DNA from: Dictyostelium discoideum
Taxonomy: Eukaryota
Assembly (NCBI GenBank): GCA_000004695.1
Contig: CM000153.2
Location: 4,256,001 to 4,320,000 of the forward strand
Reading direction: 5' to 3'
DNA: 64,000 nt
The notes under the pieces were generated by a model. The model did not search any database and was not told the origin of the DNA. It saw only the letters and a program-made list of their open reading frames with translations. Shown here piece by piece: positions 51,439 through 64,000 of the stretch; position 1 is the stretch's first letter, and every line of letters begins with the position of its first letter. A program made the position numbers and the translations under genes.

Positions 51439-54400
51439 TTAAAGTAATGGAGGTGGTTCATCATTTTTACCAAGGGAGGTAGAATTGAAAGAAGTTGAAG
51501 TTAAGAGACCAACAGAAGTAGCAGAAGTTCCACCAGTTAATAGACCAGCAGTATTTGCAGCAGGGCCAGTAATGAAAAGATCATGACTTTGGGAAGAATA
51601 AGAGGCCCAAATTTCTGATTTATCTAAAATTTCAGTGATAATTTGACCATGTAATGGATCCATTTCTAATTTCTTAAGGTAATTTACAATTAAAGCTTGA
51701 GTGGTTGGAGATACACCTTTACCTCTTTCCAAGAGTTTCAAAGATTGATTAATAAAGTCACTACGAGCGGCTTGTTCTGAAAGACAAGTTTTTTCACAAC
51801 GATTGAGTGCCAAAATTTTACCAATACATTCAGCGGTCAATGGTAAGTTATCATTTGGTAAAGAGACGGCTCTAGCGAGATGACTCCAAACATTACCAAC
51901 TTTAGCTAAATGATCAACACATACTTGACTCTCTGACATTGAATGAAGAATATTGATCATCAATGAACGAATTTGTGATACACTATGACCCAATAATGGA
52001 AGAATCTTTTCAATGTAACCAGTGGAAGGTAATTGATCAGAGAGAACATTATGATGTTGGAATAATGAAATGATAGCCAATGACAATGGTTGAATCTTTG
52101 GATCCAAAGTAGAGTTAACTTCAGAGGTACTTGCGAGTTTTAAGAGTAAATCGAAAACATCTAAAAGGAATTTACGTGGATTACGTAATGACCAACCTGG
52201 TTGTTTAAGGAATAATGAAATGTAAACACCACCAATGACCAATTCATCCTCGCCACCGAGACTATATGAAACTTGGTAGTCTTCTGATGGTAATTTCCAA
52301 TGAAGATTGTAGGTTCTTGCTTGTACCAATTGAGCTTGATATTCTTTTTGCATCTTTGTAAGTGTTTCTTTTAAGTGGGCACGTGTATTATTATTCCAAA
52401 TTAACTCTGGATTTTCATGTTGAGCATCGAATACCATAACGGTTTGTTGCGGATCCTCTGTCATTGTTGAATTGAAAACTGGTGGAATGAATTTACCAAT
52501 TAATAGAATAACCCTTGGACCATGTACTTTATCAATGATCATTCTACCTAAAACACCAACAGCTTTAATACGATTTTCCATTGTAATTTGATTGTTTGAG
52601 AAAACATCCAATAAGTAAACTAAACCACAATGATTAATGGTATCTATAACGTGTTGAGAAATTGCAACCAATGAATGTTCTACCTTTAATGCTAATTCCA
52701 AAGTAGCAGGATTTGGTCTTGCTAAAAGTTGTAACAAGTATGGAAGTAAACTACCCTCTGGTTCAGTGGCCAATTGTGAGATATGATTAATACATTCAAT
52801 ATTGGAAGTTACCAATAACAATGACTCTAAAGCAAGCTTTTGAATCTTTTGATTGTCTTGATGAGCCAAGAAACTGAATAACAATCTCATACGATTTGAA
52901 CCGGCCATATTATAAAGATTTGGATTGACTTTTCCAAATTGTACAACATTTCTTAAAGACTCTAAAGCTTGAGTAATCTTCCAAATGTAAAGATCCCAAA
53001 GTTTCTTATCTGGATTTCTGACTGGACATTCGTTGGTGGTTCTTTCCTTTGCCAAGAATTCTACCAAATGAGCAAACAACTCTTGAATTGGTGTGGTAGC
53101 ATTGGTTGGAGCTGATGGATTGGCATTGTAAACACGTAAATAATAACCACCAACTTTGAGTTCGTTGGATAATGATTTATAAGTGAAAGTATCAGTTGAG
53201 AATGGATGAATTGTGGTTGGATTACAATAGGCATCATCTAATCTCTTATTAAGGTATTCCATAAGATCTTCTCTGGTGGAATTATTCCAAATGAATGCTG
53301 CAGTTTCATGTTTAGTATTCATTTCTGTTAAAAGTTTATGATAATGTTTACTTGGAATGGTACCAATTGGCATCTTTAATCTCAATACAATATGTGGTGT
53401 AAGGAAAACTGTAACCATATCTCTAACCATCTTATTAAATTCAGTTTCTGGTTTTTCCATGTATTCTTTTAATTCTTTTTGATATTTTTGTTGAGCTGCT
53501 GCTTCTTTTTGAGCTTGTGCTGCAGCTTCCTTTTGAGCTTGTGCTGTAGTTGAAGATTGAGAGTTTTGAGTTGGTGATGAATTAATTTGTGATGTATTAA
53601 TCTTTTGTTGTGTTGAAAGTTGATTACCTGGTTGTTGTGGTGGTGATGATGATGATGATGATGATGATGATTGTTGTGGTTGTTGTTGTTGTTGTTGTGA
53701 TGGTTGTGATTGTTGAGTTGGTGATGAATTTGAAGTTGTTGAATTTGTAACACCTCCACTACCACCTAATGGGTCAATAGTTGGAGTTGAAGTTGAAGTA
53801 GTTGGTGCAGATTGTGATTGTTGTGGTTGAGTAGTTGGACTACCACCAGTGATTTGTAATTGACCATTTAATTCAGGAATTGGAACAGCAATTGGACCTT
53901 TTGGAACTTGAACAACAGGGGCAGCTGGTTTTTTAACTGGTTCAGTTGGTTTATCTGATGGTTCAACGTAACCTTCCATATCTTCTTCAGATTTAATACC
54001 AGAGAAACGTCTAATAGATTTCAAAGATAATTTAGCATGAATATTTGCAATCATGATTCTATTGGAATCAGTGTTTACAGTGATACCACTATTGAAGAGG
54101 GTATGATCATAACCATATAATAATCTAAGAAGATGCCATGTAACACCAGCATTAATAATGGATTGTTGTAATTCATCATCTTCACGGGCGAATTGATAAA
54201 CAGCCTCCAATGCATAGGTGACAATATGTGGATGACTATAGGAGAGATAAAGACATTTACAAATATTTTCACAGATTTTCAATGAAAGATTATTGGCTTC
54301 CAATTGTTTACGTGAGCCTGGGAATTTAGCCATAACAGCAAAGGTTCTTAAAGCAGATCCAATAACTTCACCTGGAATATCGGCACCACCATCTTGATGA

Positions 54401-57400
54401 TCATTGATATTGAATTTAGATGATCTAATAGTGATTAAAGCATTACCAGTAGTTGGTGATGGTGTAGCGGTTGCTTTTGGAGCAGATTGTTGTTCAGTGG
54501 TTGAATTAAAATCTGGTGGATTAGTTGAGGAAGTTGAGGTTGAACCATCTTTATTTGGTTCAGGTAAATCACCTTTATGTTGTTTACCAGCGAATGATGG
54601 TGAGATTGGAGTAGTTTGAATGATAAGTGTTGGAATATCAATTGGTTGGAAGGTAATGGTAACAGCTTTATCAAAGCATTTAGCAATGATTGGTACACCA
54701 TTGTTTCTAGTGATTTCTTCGGAATTCAATGGTGAAGCTTCAACGGTTAAATATAATAAAGCCATAGCAGGTGAAATCAATGGAGTCTTATTTGTATTAT
54801 CAAATGCTTTATCATTAACCAAGAGTTCATTAATTAATTTCCAAAGTTGTGGATAAGCTGGATATTTGAATGGTCTGAATAAATCCATGAAACGAGTGTA
54901 TAGAATGACTTGAGTTAATAATAACAAAGAGATCTTCTTATCAGAACCTCTTTCATTATCGATATTGTTAACAGTGGAAAGGAGTTCATAAGCTTCTTGA
55001 ATCTTTTCAAACATTTCTCTACCATCTGGATTTCTATCTGGATGATATTTAACAGCCAATTTATAGTAAGCCTTACGAATATCATCATCTTTATAGTTGT
55101 GAGCTTTACCATTGGCACCTTTATTTGGTTTCAAATTCAAGACTTCCAAAGCCTCATCGACAGACATTGATTGTGGTGCTTTTACAGCTTCCTCAGACCA
55201 AACCAATAAAACTGATTTAAAGAGTTCTAATGGTTGTTTTATTGGCCAATTTGGGAACTTACGAGTGTTACAAAGACGTGATAAATAGAAAGAGTGACAG
55301 AATAATTCACCTTCCAACTCTTCGAATACAATCTTTGGAATTGGAACATATTCATAGATGGTTGTAGTATTTGAATGAAGACGTTGTGGTAATGAAGCCA
55401 AATGAAGTTCTATCTTTTCTCTCATAACTTTTCTCATTGAACTATTCCAAATGGTTTCTGGATCATCATTATCTGAAAGGAATTTAGATGAGAAATTCTC
55501 TGGTGTATAGTTCTCCAAATAACAAATCAAAGCCTCTGGTAATAATGGTAACAAAATTGAACGACGACTCAACGATTCATCACTAGTGATTAAATGTTGT
55601 TTGTTATGAATGATTTGTAATAATTGAACGATTGGAAGTACATTTGAATTTGGATATAACATCATAAAGAAGAAAGCACCAGTTAAATAGAATTTACTTG
55701 TGACAATGCTATTATCTACCAATAATGATGCCAATAGGGTTGCAGTTTTCTCTACTAAAATATCTTGACCCGATAATAATACTTGAACAATTCTTGGAAG
55801 ATTTAATGGTTCACAAATGATTCTCTTTACTCTTGGTAATGGACGAATTACAGCATGAGTAACTGGATGACGTGTTGGTCTAAAGCTACAGAGAGCATTT
55901 AAGATATCCAAAATTACACTACCTAATTCTGCTTTTGGTAAGACTCCACCAACATTACCATGGGTAAGACCATTCATAATGGTCCAACGAAGTTCTGGAA
56001 TTTGATAAAGTGGTTTCCATTTCTCAGTACCTTGAGCCCAACATTTGGTATTTCTATTGATTTTCTTTGAATTCAACAAGTCAAAGAGATCGGTTCTAGA
56101 GACAGGACCAGCTTTTTGTTGTTGAATGACACCACTACCTTCTTGTTGAACATCGACAGCATAATACCATTCTGGTAATAGTTTACCTTCTTCACCATAG
56201 GTGTAATGAGTATGAATCAATGTAATTAAATCCAATAATCTATAGATACCACGATTATCAATGAAAATCTTGGCATTTGATTTAACTTGAAGTAAACTAC
56301 GAATAAACAATAACAAACGATCTCTAAGGATAACATCGAATGTATTCTCTAGTAATTCGATTAAATGTGAAAGATTTGAGAATGGATGAGTCATTGATGG
56401 ATGAGTATGATAATGAGTGAATACCAATGTCATTGCACGTAAACAAAGAGCTTTTTGATCGGCTGATTCATTTAAGAGGAAGTTTTGCCATAACTCGTTA
56501 AAGAATAAACCTGGATTAATGAGTTTAATACCTTTGCTAGTGCCATCAACCAATAAAGAGATATAATAACCACCGACAGAGATCTCCTTCTTTAATGATG
56601 GATAAGGAACCTCGAAATCTTCATCATTCCATGCGATTGGTTCTCTACCAGCGGCTTCCAACTCTTGTTGGAAGAGACGAATTTCATTATCCATTGATTC
56701 TCTCAACTCTTCACGAGTTGTATGATTCCAAATTAGATTTGCATCACGATGATCTTGATTGAATTGATGGAAAAACATTGCCCAATTGTAAGGTCTCATT
56801 GGTTTAGTTTCCTTTCTAACACGAGTGGTTGCCTTTGCCATGAGTTCTCTGGTTTTAATGATCTTTTTCATTCTCCAATTGGCAAACACACCCAATTTAA
56901 TATGTTTTGGACCGGTTGTACCTTGTTTACTTTCTAACAATTGTTCTTTTGGTGCCTCCTCTTGTGAATCCAAGAATTGAACTAAACCTCTTGGGAAAAT
57001 TCTATCCAAAAGTTGACGACAAACTTTATTCTCTGCAGTCCAAAGTGAAATCAATTGTTTACTCATTTCTCTCTTTGATTGATTTCTAAGATTGGTTGGA
57101 TTATTTTGATTGGAATTAATCTTTAAAAAGAGTGAATCATGTAAATGACGTAATAATGCTCCTTCAACCACTGAAATGATTTGCATTTGTTTGGCTAATT
57201 CTTCTTCACCTTCATTAATAACAACTGACATTAACATACCTGCATTCTTTGAAATGGCTGGACATTGATGTACAAACAATTTAAATAAATCTTTACCTAA
57301 TTTACCAACTCTTGTTAATAAATCATTAAAAATGGTTGAATCTGTTGTTTCACTATATGGATCACATAATAATAATGTTAATAATTCAATTGCTGAACTT

Positions 57401-57656
57401 AAAACTAATGATCCTGTACCTGCTGATGAATGTTTTTGAATAATCTAGAAGGAAAAAAAATAAATAAAAAAAATTGGTTAATAATAATTTTTAATTTTTT
57501 TTTTTTAATTATTTTTACATACTTCAAATATAGTTTTATTCAAATCAATACTAAGGAATAATTCTCTCTTATTTGCTTGGCATTGACCTGGTTCGTAATC
57601 ACCTTCAAATGCTATATAAAAATAAAAAAAATAATTATTAATAAAAATAATAAAAT

Positions 57657-57687
<31 letters not shown>

Positions 57688-58283
57688 GAAATTTACCTGG
57701 TTGAATTAAAGCAATTAATAAATCTAAAGCATAATAAGCAATAGTATCATCAATACATTGAATTGATTTTCTTAATAAATTAATTAATGGTACTTTGCAA
57801 TGTGGGAAATGAGTAAATAATTCGAAACCAACTCTAGTTGCAACGACTCTTCTTAACATTTGTAAAACTACTGAAATTAATTCTAAATCATTTTTATCAT
57901 CTTGAGTTGGTAATTGTGGTGAACCTGGTGTTGATAAAGCTGATGATGATGATGATGATGATGAACCTAAACCTGAAATCTTTAATCCACTCAAAATCTT
58001 TTGAATTGCATTCAATACAACTTTACCATTCTTTTCTGAAAATGTATTACTTAAACCTGAATATGGAATGTTTGAAATGAATCCATCTAAACTTAAAGTA
58101 ATTTGTGATACTGATAAATTTTCAAAATCAAATGTTTTATTTTCAAATAATCTAATATATGATTCTTGTACATCCTATAAATAATAATAATAATAAAAAA
58201 ATAAAAAAAATTATCAATATAAATTAACTTTTTTTTTTTTTTTTTTATAAAACTATATTTTTTTTTTTTTTTTTTTATAAAAC

Positions 58284-58351
<68 letters not shown>

Positions 58352-59737
58352 ACTTCATTTGGAATTACGTGATGTGGAGTAATTTTCATACCTCTGACAA
58401 TTTGAGAAGTAAAAACAGTTGCATTTGTATTACCAGCTGATCTACAAAAGTCTAAAGCACTAGCAATTAATGCATCTCTTGATGATGAAGTATAAGTTCT
58501 AAGTAAACCATCTTTATATTGAATTGATAATCTTTGTGAATCTGAATCATATCTAACAAAACATGCAATTGTACTATATGGTCTAGTTGTAACGATTGCA
58601 TAACTTGTTAAATCTCTTTCAACAATTCTATTTAAAAATTTTTGAATAAATAAATTAATTATTATTATTATTATTATTAGTATTAGTAATTTATAAATCA
58701 ATTTAAATTAAAAATATATATATTTACTTTGAAGTTGATAAAGTTAATAATCTTGAAATTGGAGTTGAATGTCTATTACTAATTTTAGTAACAGTGAAAT
58801 CAATGATTGATACTAAAGTTTCATCATCATCTTTACCATGTCTTTTATGACGATGAGCGGTTGGATACTCTTGGAGTGAAGTTGAAGATTTTGAGAATTT
58901 AATTTCATGACCAACAAATTTCTTTGAGTAGGCAACAATGTTTTCAATGAATTTTGGATCATTTACAATAAAGAGGTCAGAGGCAACTCCTTGATTTTGT
59001 TCACCACTGAAATAGAATAAAAAGGCGGATGAATTATCAGCCAATGATTCAATCTTTGTGAAATCCTTAAAGAAGTAAGATGCTCTAATCTTTGTTTGTT
59101 GACCATTAACTTGACTATCGGCATCTGTCTCTTCAATTGAACAACTACAAACGGTTAATTTAACATCTAACCAAGTACCATTACGTTTTAATTTCTTTGC
59201 AGAATAACTCTTATATAATCCAGTCATAAGTTCACGTAAACTCATCTCATAAACATATCCAGTTCTACCCAAATGTCTATAATTAATTTGATCAATTGAT
59301 TTACCTTGTTTCTCTGCTGCTCTTACAACTGATAATGATCTTTGTAAATCAGTTAACAAATCTATTTTAATTAAAAATAAAAAATAAAATAAAATTAATA
59401 AATTATTATTATTGAAAAGTAAAGAAAAAGAAAACTTACCAGATCTATGATCAGATTCAAAATTTAAAGTATCTTTTTTCTTTCCATCTTTTTTTGTAAT
59501 AATAACAACTTGTTCTGGATGTTTTTCTGATGGTTGAACATCGGCGATACCATTTTCCCATGCCCATTGATTTGTATTTTCCCAGGTTGAAACATCATGA
59601 GTTGTTAAATTAATTGGATCAATTGATAAGAATCTCTTCTTCTTTTTCCATGAATGTTTGATTGTATACCATAATGATAATGAACGATGATGGGCATTAA
59701 TAAATTCATCGACTGATGTTGTATTTGGTGCTGCCAT
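51439..59737 (-). CDS. rme8: RME-8 / DNAJC13 homolog (receptor-mediated endocytosis 8; DnaJ domain plus four IWN repeats), about 2590 aa; exons 59737..59440, 59361..58728, 58627..58354, 58174..57697, 57611..57523, 57444..51439
   Basis: The J domain [35 protein letters not shown] sits in the long last exon. IWN repeats [20 protein letters not shown] and [10 protein letters not shown] are present, and a fourth copy lies in the N-terminal exons. The N-terminus is [25 protein letters not shown]. All donors (GTAAGT, GTAAAT, GTAAGT, GTAAAT, GTATGT) and AG acceptors were located, and the phases are consistent (total 7779 nt, which is 2593 codons). The track ORFs 58724..59737, 58093..58701, 57662..58015 and 51439..57279 are pieces of this gene. 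Confidence 0.85.
58208..58350. repeat. Intronic T-rich duplication (ttttttttttttttttataaaactatatt x2) followed by an uninterrupted poly(T) run of about 80 nt, in RME-8 intron 3
   Basis: Direct reading on the plus strand (poly(A) on the gene's sense strand). Confidence 0.85.
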
Positions 59738-60200
59738 TATTTATTTTGCTTTAAAGTAATTAATTAATTATTGGCTAATTAATTAATACACCCAAACAAA
59801 AGAAATAGTGGGGAGGGGGAGGAAAAATTTAAATACACAATGAATAATATTTAAATATATAAAAATGTGTGTGTATGTGTGTGTGTTATCCCTCTATTTT
59901 TATTTTTTTAAAAGTTGTTTTTACAAATTAAACTTAAAATATATAATTATATTTTAAAGTAATAATATAATAAAATACAAATATCTTGGAAAAAAAAAAA
60001 AAAAACAATAAAAAAAAATAAAAAAAATAAAAAGCGAAAAAAAAAAATAAATTATAAAAAAATGAAAAATAAAAACAAAAAATTAAAAAAAATTAAAAAA
60101 AATTAAAAAAAAAAAAAAAAAAATTTAAAATTTAAATTTTTTATTGATGTTTTGGTTAAAAGGTTAAAATAACAACAGAACCACCTGATCAACTTAATTT

Positions 60201-60245
<45 letters not shown>

Positions 60246-60448
60246 CAATTTTTGTAGTTCAATTTTAATAATAAATAATAAAGAATGAAATATAAAAAAT
60301 AAACAAAATGAATTAAACAAAATCTGAGATTTGGTGACCAAAATTTTTTTTTTTAATATTTTTTTTTTTTTTTTTTTTTTTTTTGAATTTTTTTTTTTTT
60401 TTTTTTGTTGTTTTAAATATAATATCTCCTGTATTAAAGTGTGAAAAA

Positions 60449-60661
60449 ATGGAAATTGGTAATTATTTATATTAATATTTTATTATTATCATTATTTTTA
60501 TTATTATTAATATTAATATTTATTTTTGGTAAAATTAAACAGTAACAGAAAAAGATTTAAAGAATATTGAAGAACAATTAAAGAGTGTTGTTAGAGATCA
60601 AGATCGTTTTAGATTAATTAAAGCAAATGCTAACTCTTTTATTTCTCAAGTGAACAAATAA
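60449..60661 (+). CDS. Possible small two-exon gene (exon 1 60449..60458, exon 2 about 60543..60661) encoding MEIVTEKDLKNIEEQLKSVVRDQDRFRLIKANANSFISQVNK*; very tentative
   Basis: The ATG is followed immediately by a GTAATT donor, and a pyrimidine-rich intron ends in AAACAG. It is the only open frame in that segment. A second coding-like block at 60789..60924 (DGDSKIKTAIILYTHCPDKQNYQIVIDEFYEDEKKQIKSELKI*) could not be joined in phase. Confidence 0.2.
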
Positions 60662-61295
60662 AAAGATTAGTTAAAATACAACATTGTATGTATTTTTTTT
60701 AATATTAAAAAATACTATATTAATATAATAATATATTTCATTTCCCTAATCAATTTTATTTTTTTTTTGAAAAAAAAAAAAAAAAAAAAAAAGATGGTGA
60801 TTCTAAAATAAAAACAGCTATAATTTTATACACTCATTGCCCTGATAAACAAAATTACCAAATAGTTATTGATGAATTCTATGAAGATGAAAAAAAACAA
60901 ATTAAATCTGAATTAAAAATCTAAATAATTAATAAAATTTATATTTTGTACAATAAAAAAAATAAATAAAAATAAATAAATAACAAATAAATTGTTATTA
61001 ATTTTTACCAGAGTGTAAATTTTTTAATAGTTTAAACTATTATATATATATTATTTAATTTTTTATTAATTGAATTTTTTCACATATTTTATTTTTTTTT
61101 TTTTTTTTTTTTTTTTTTATTTTATTTTTTTTTTTTGCTTAATTAGTTTGAAAATTTGAATTTGTATAACTACAAATATGCAAACTTGAATGATTTTTAC
61201 CATATTTATCTAATTTTTTTTTTTTTATTTTTTGAATTATTTTAAAATATTTTTTTTAGCCGTTTAAAAATTTCAAAAATTTTGTATTTTTTTTT

Positions 61296-61326
<31 letters not shown>

Positions 61327-61521
61327 AAATATTAAAAAATTTAATAATTTGTATATTTTTTTTTTTTTTAAAAAAAAAAATAAAAAAAAAACAAATAGTA
61401 ATAGTTATTACTAGTACATAGTGAACAAAAGTTTTTAATAAACAATATAATAATATTAATTTAAAAAATTCAAGATTATATATTGGTTTATTATTTTCAC
61501 TGGTGTCTATAAAATTAAATA

Positions 61522-62340
61522 ATGGCAGAACATAGAGATATTGAAGGATGGTTGGCATCAAAACTTGAAGATAATTGGTCATCAGAACGTTTATCATCAT
61601 TATTAAATAAAGATATTCTTCAATTCTTTTTATTAAAATTTTCAAAAATTGATACACTAATTAGAATTAAAGTAAGTAATAATTAAATAAATAATAAATA
61701 TTATTATTATTATTATTAAAAATATACTAACAAATCAATTATTAATTACTCTACTAAATTTAATTATATATATATATAAAAGGTATTATTTTCATTCTTA
61801 TTCTTAAAGAAAAAACAATTTCAAGAACTAGAACAAAATATATCAATGTTATTACAGATTGCCGAAGAGGAAGAAGATGAATGGTTAAAAGTAATTGGTC
61901 AATTATTAAATAAAATAAGTGATGAAAAGATTTCTTTAAATGTTGATTTAGAGCCATTTGTTACAAATCTTAAAAGAGTAAATCAATTATGTAGGTTTTA
62001 TTATTTATTATTATTATTATTTATTATTATTTATTATTTGTTATTATTTGTTATTAATACTATTATTATTTCTTTTAATTTAAAAGTGGAAGAAAAAGGA
62101 TCACCAAACTTTTATCCATTAGAAAATATGTACTTAAATAAAAATTTAATACCAGTACCAACTGAATCATTGGTTGTACATAGTCATTTTAAATTAAAGA
62201 AACCATTATCAGAGTTATTGGTATTTACTAAAAAAGAAAACACAAATTTAACACCATCATTATCTGGTTCAAAATCAGTAATTCAAACAACATCACCTTC
62301 GAATATGTCTTCATCATTATCATCTTCAAATTTATATGGA

Positions 62341-62423
<83 letters not shown>

Positions 62424-62819
62424 TGATGACCATGATGATAATCATAATAATAATAGCAATAATAATAGTAGTGGATTAGAAAGTCCAAGTTTAAAAAATG
62501 TTAGATTGAGTTCAAGTGGATTAACACCAACATTAAGAAGATCAAATTTATTTATACCAAGATCACATCATGGTGGTGATGGTTTATCATCATCATCAGG
62601 TTCAATCATAAGTCCACCCTCTTCAATGTCATTAAGTGGTCATGGCAGTGGTGGTAGTGGCGGAAATTTAGAAAAAAGAATGGGTGGAGGTGGAGGTGGT
62701 GGACAAAAGAAATCTAAAATGGCTTTCATCGATATTGAACAGGTTAGAGAAATTAGTCAAACACCTCAAAAGAAAAGAAGACAATCTATAGATCCTCAGC
62801 CACAACAATCTCAACCATC

Positions 62820-62878
<59 letters not shown>

Positions 62879-62887
62879 CCGAAAAAG

Positions 62888-62955
<68 letters not shown>

Positions 62956-63487
62956 TCATATTTGCCAGGAATAAATGAATCAAATGATCAATCACAGACA
63001 TCACCTCAACAATCACCACACTCTCAACATTTACAACAGCAGCAACAATTAAAAGAACAACAACAAGCAGCTCAAGTTTTAGTACAACAACAACAATCAA
63101 AAGAACAACAACAAAAAGAACAGCAAATGAGGGCACAACAACAGCAACAACAGCAACAACAACAGGCAATTCAACAACAGCAATTAAAAGAACAGCAATT
63201 AAGAGAACAGCAGCAACAACAGCAACAACAACAATTAAGAGAACAGCAATTAAGAGAACAACAATTAAGAGAGCAACAATTTAGGGAGCAACAATTTAGG
63301 GAACAACAACAATTTCAACAACAAAATCGTCACAATTATCAAAATGAACAAGATAATTCGCAACAACAACAACAACAACAATATCAACCTTTACAACCAC
63401 CACCAGTCATACCCCAAAACTATCAACAACCATCACTTCAAACTCTACAAGCTGCACAAGCTATTCAATCGATGCAATCAATGCACC

Positions 63488-63548
<61 letters not shown>

Positions 63549-64000
63549 CCCACAACTCTCCATTCAGCAACAAGCATTATTACAGCAACAACAACTACAA
63601 CAACAACAACAACAACAGCAACAACAACAACAACATCAACAACAACAGCAACAACAACATCAACAACAACAAACACAGCAAGCTATTACTTCACCATTAT
63701 TGAATGCAAGTCCACCAATGACTGGAAAGAGAAAAAAAGATGACCAAGAATCTCTAGCATCTCAAAAGAAAAAAGAAAAACAAGAGAAAAAAGATCAAAA
63801 GGAACGTGAAAAGGAAAGAGAGAAACAAGATAAAGAAAGAGAAAAACAAGAAAAAAAAGATCAAAAGGAACGTGAAAAGAGAGAAAAGAAAGAACAAAAA
63901 GAAAAAGAGAAAAAAGAAAAGAAGTCGAGTCAAAGAGCAAATAAAAAAGCAAAAACTGGTGATTCTGATAATGCTGGTAGTGGTGATGTAAGTTTTCTAT
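61522..64000 (+). CDS. 5' part of a Gln/Asn-rich nuclear-type protein gene continuing past the window end; exons 61522..61671, 61810..61990, 62087..63987 (then GTAAGT)
   Basis: Exon 1 is MAEHRDIEGWLASKLEDNWSSERLSSLLNKDILQFFLLKFSKIDTLIRIK with a GTAAGT donor at 61672. Exon 2 (after acceptor ...TTCTTAAAG) ends with a GTAGGT donor at 61991. Exon 3 starts after TTAAAAG at 62086. It is open to the window end in the frame with codon starts at 62089+3n (EEKGSPNFYPLENMYLNKNLIPVP...SSGLTPTLRRSNLFIPRSHHGGDG...polyQ...KERE/KEKE repeats). It is not in the ORF track because no stop lies within the window. Confidence 0.5.

Noticed and set aside
61256-61657. 133-aa minus ORF overlapping exon 1 of the 61522 gene
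   Set aside because: Antisense, low-complexity (F/K/I-rich) and spans poly(A/T) promoter DNA. The + strand exon with a GTAAGT donor is the better-supported reading.

Overview
This window is extremely AT-rich nuclear DNA with long poly(A)/poly(T) tracts, (AAT)n and (CAA)n coding homopolymers, and short GTAAGT/GTATGT-type introns, which is typical of Dictyostelium discoideum. It is not prokaryotic, so no operons, CRISPR arrays, rRNA or tRNA genes were found. I can support about 26 protein-coding genes, and I hand-curated many exon/intron structures from the sequence itself.

Recognisable genes are:
- an ARG5,6-type acetylglutamate kinase / N-acetyl-gamma-glutamyl-phosphate reductase fusion
- a DCC1-like thiol-disulfide oxidoreductase
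- a SAP-domain protein
- profilin
- two GH9 endoglucanases (celA-like), inverted about 10 kb apart; one carries an in-frame TGA
- a Xi-class GST (glutathionyl-hydroquinone reductase-like)
- a GNAT acetyltransferase
- an RBR E3 ubiquitin ligase
- alkyl-DHAP synthase
- the large DnaJ/IWN-repeat endosomal protein RME-8 (six exons)

The rest are Asn/Gln-rich hypothetical proteins, a tandem pair of small signal-peptide membrane proteins, and a type I membrane glycoprotein.

The most unusual stretch is a gene-poor, decaying zone from about 18.1 to 26.3 kb. It holds two diverged copies of a disrupted gene with 15-bp coding repeats, a partial profilin duplicate, small dispersed repeats, and a GC-rich non-coding block.

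Many track ORFs are translation artefacts of homopolymer DNA or antisense readings and were rejected.
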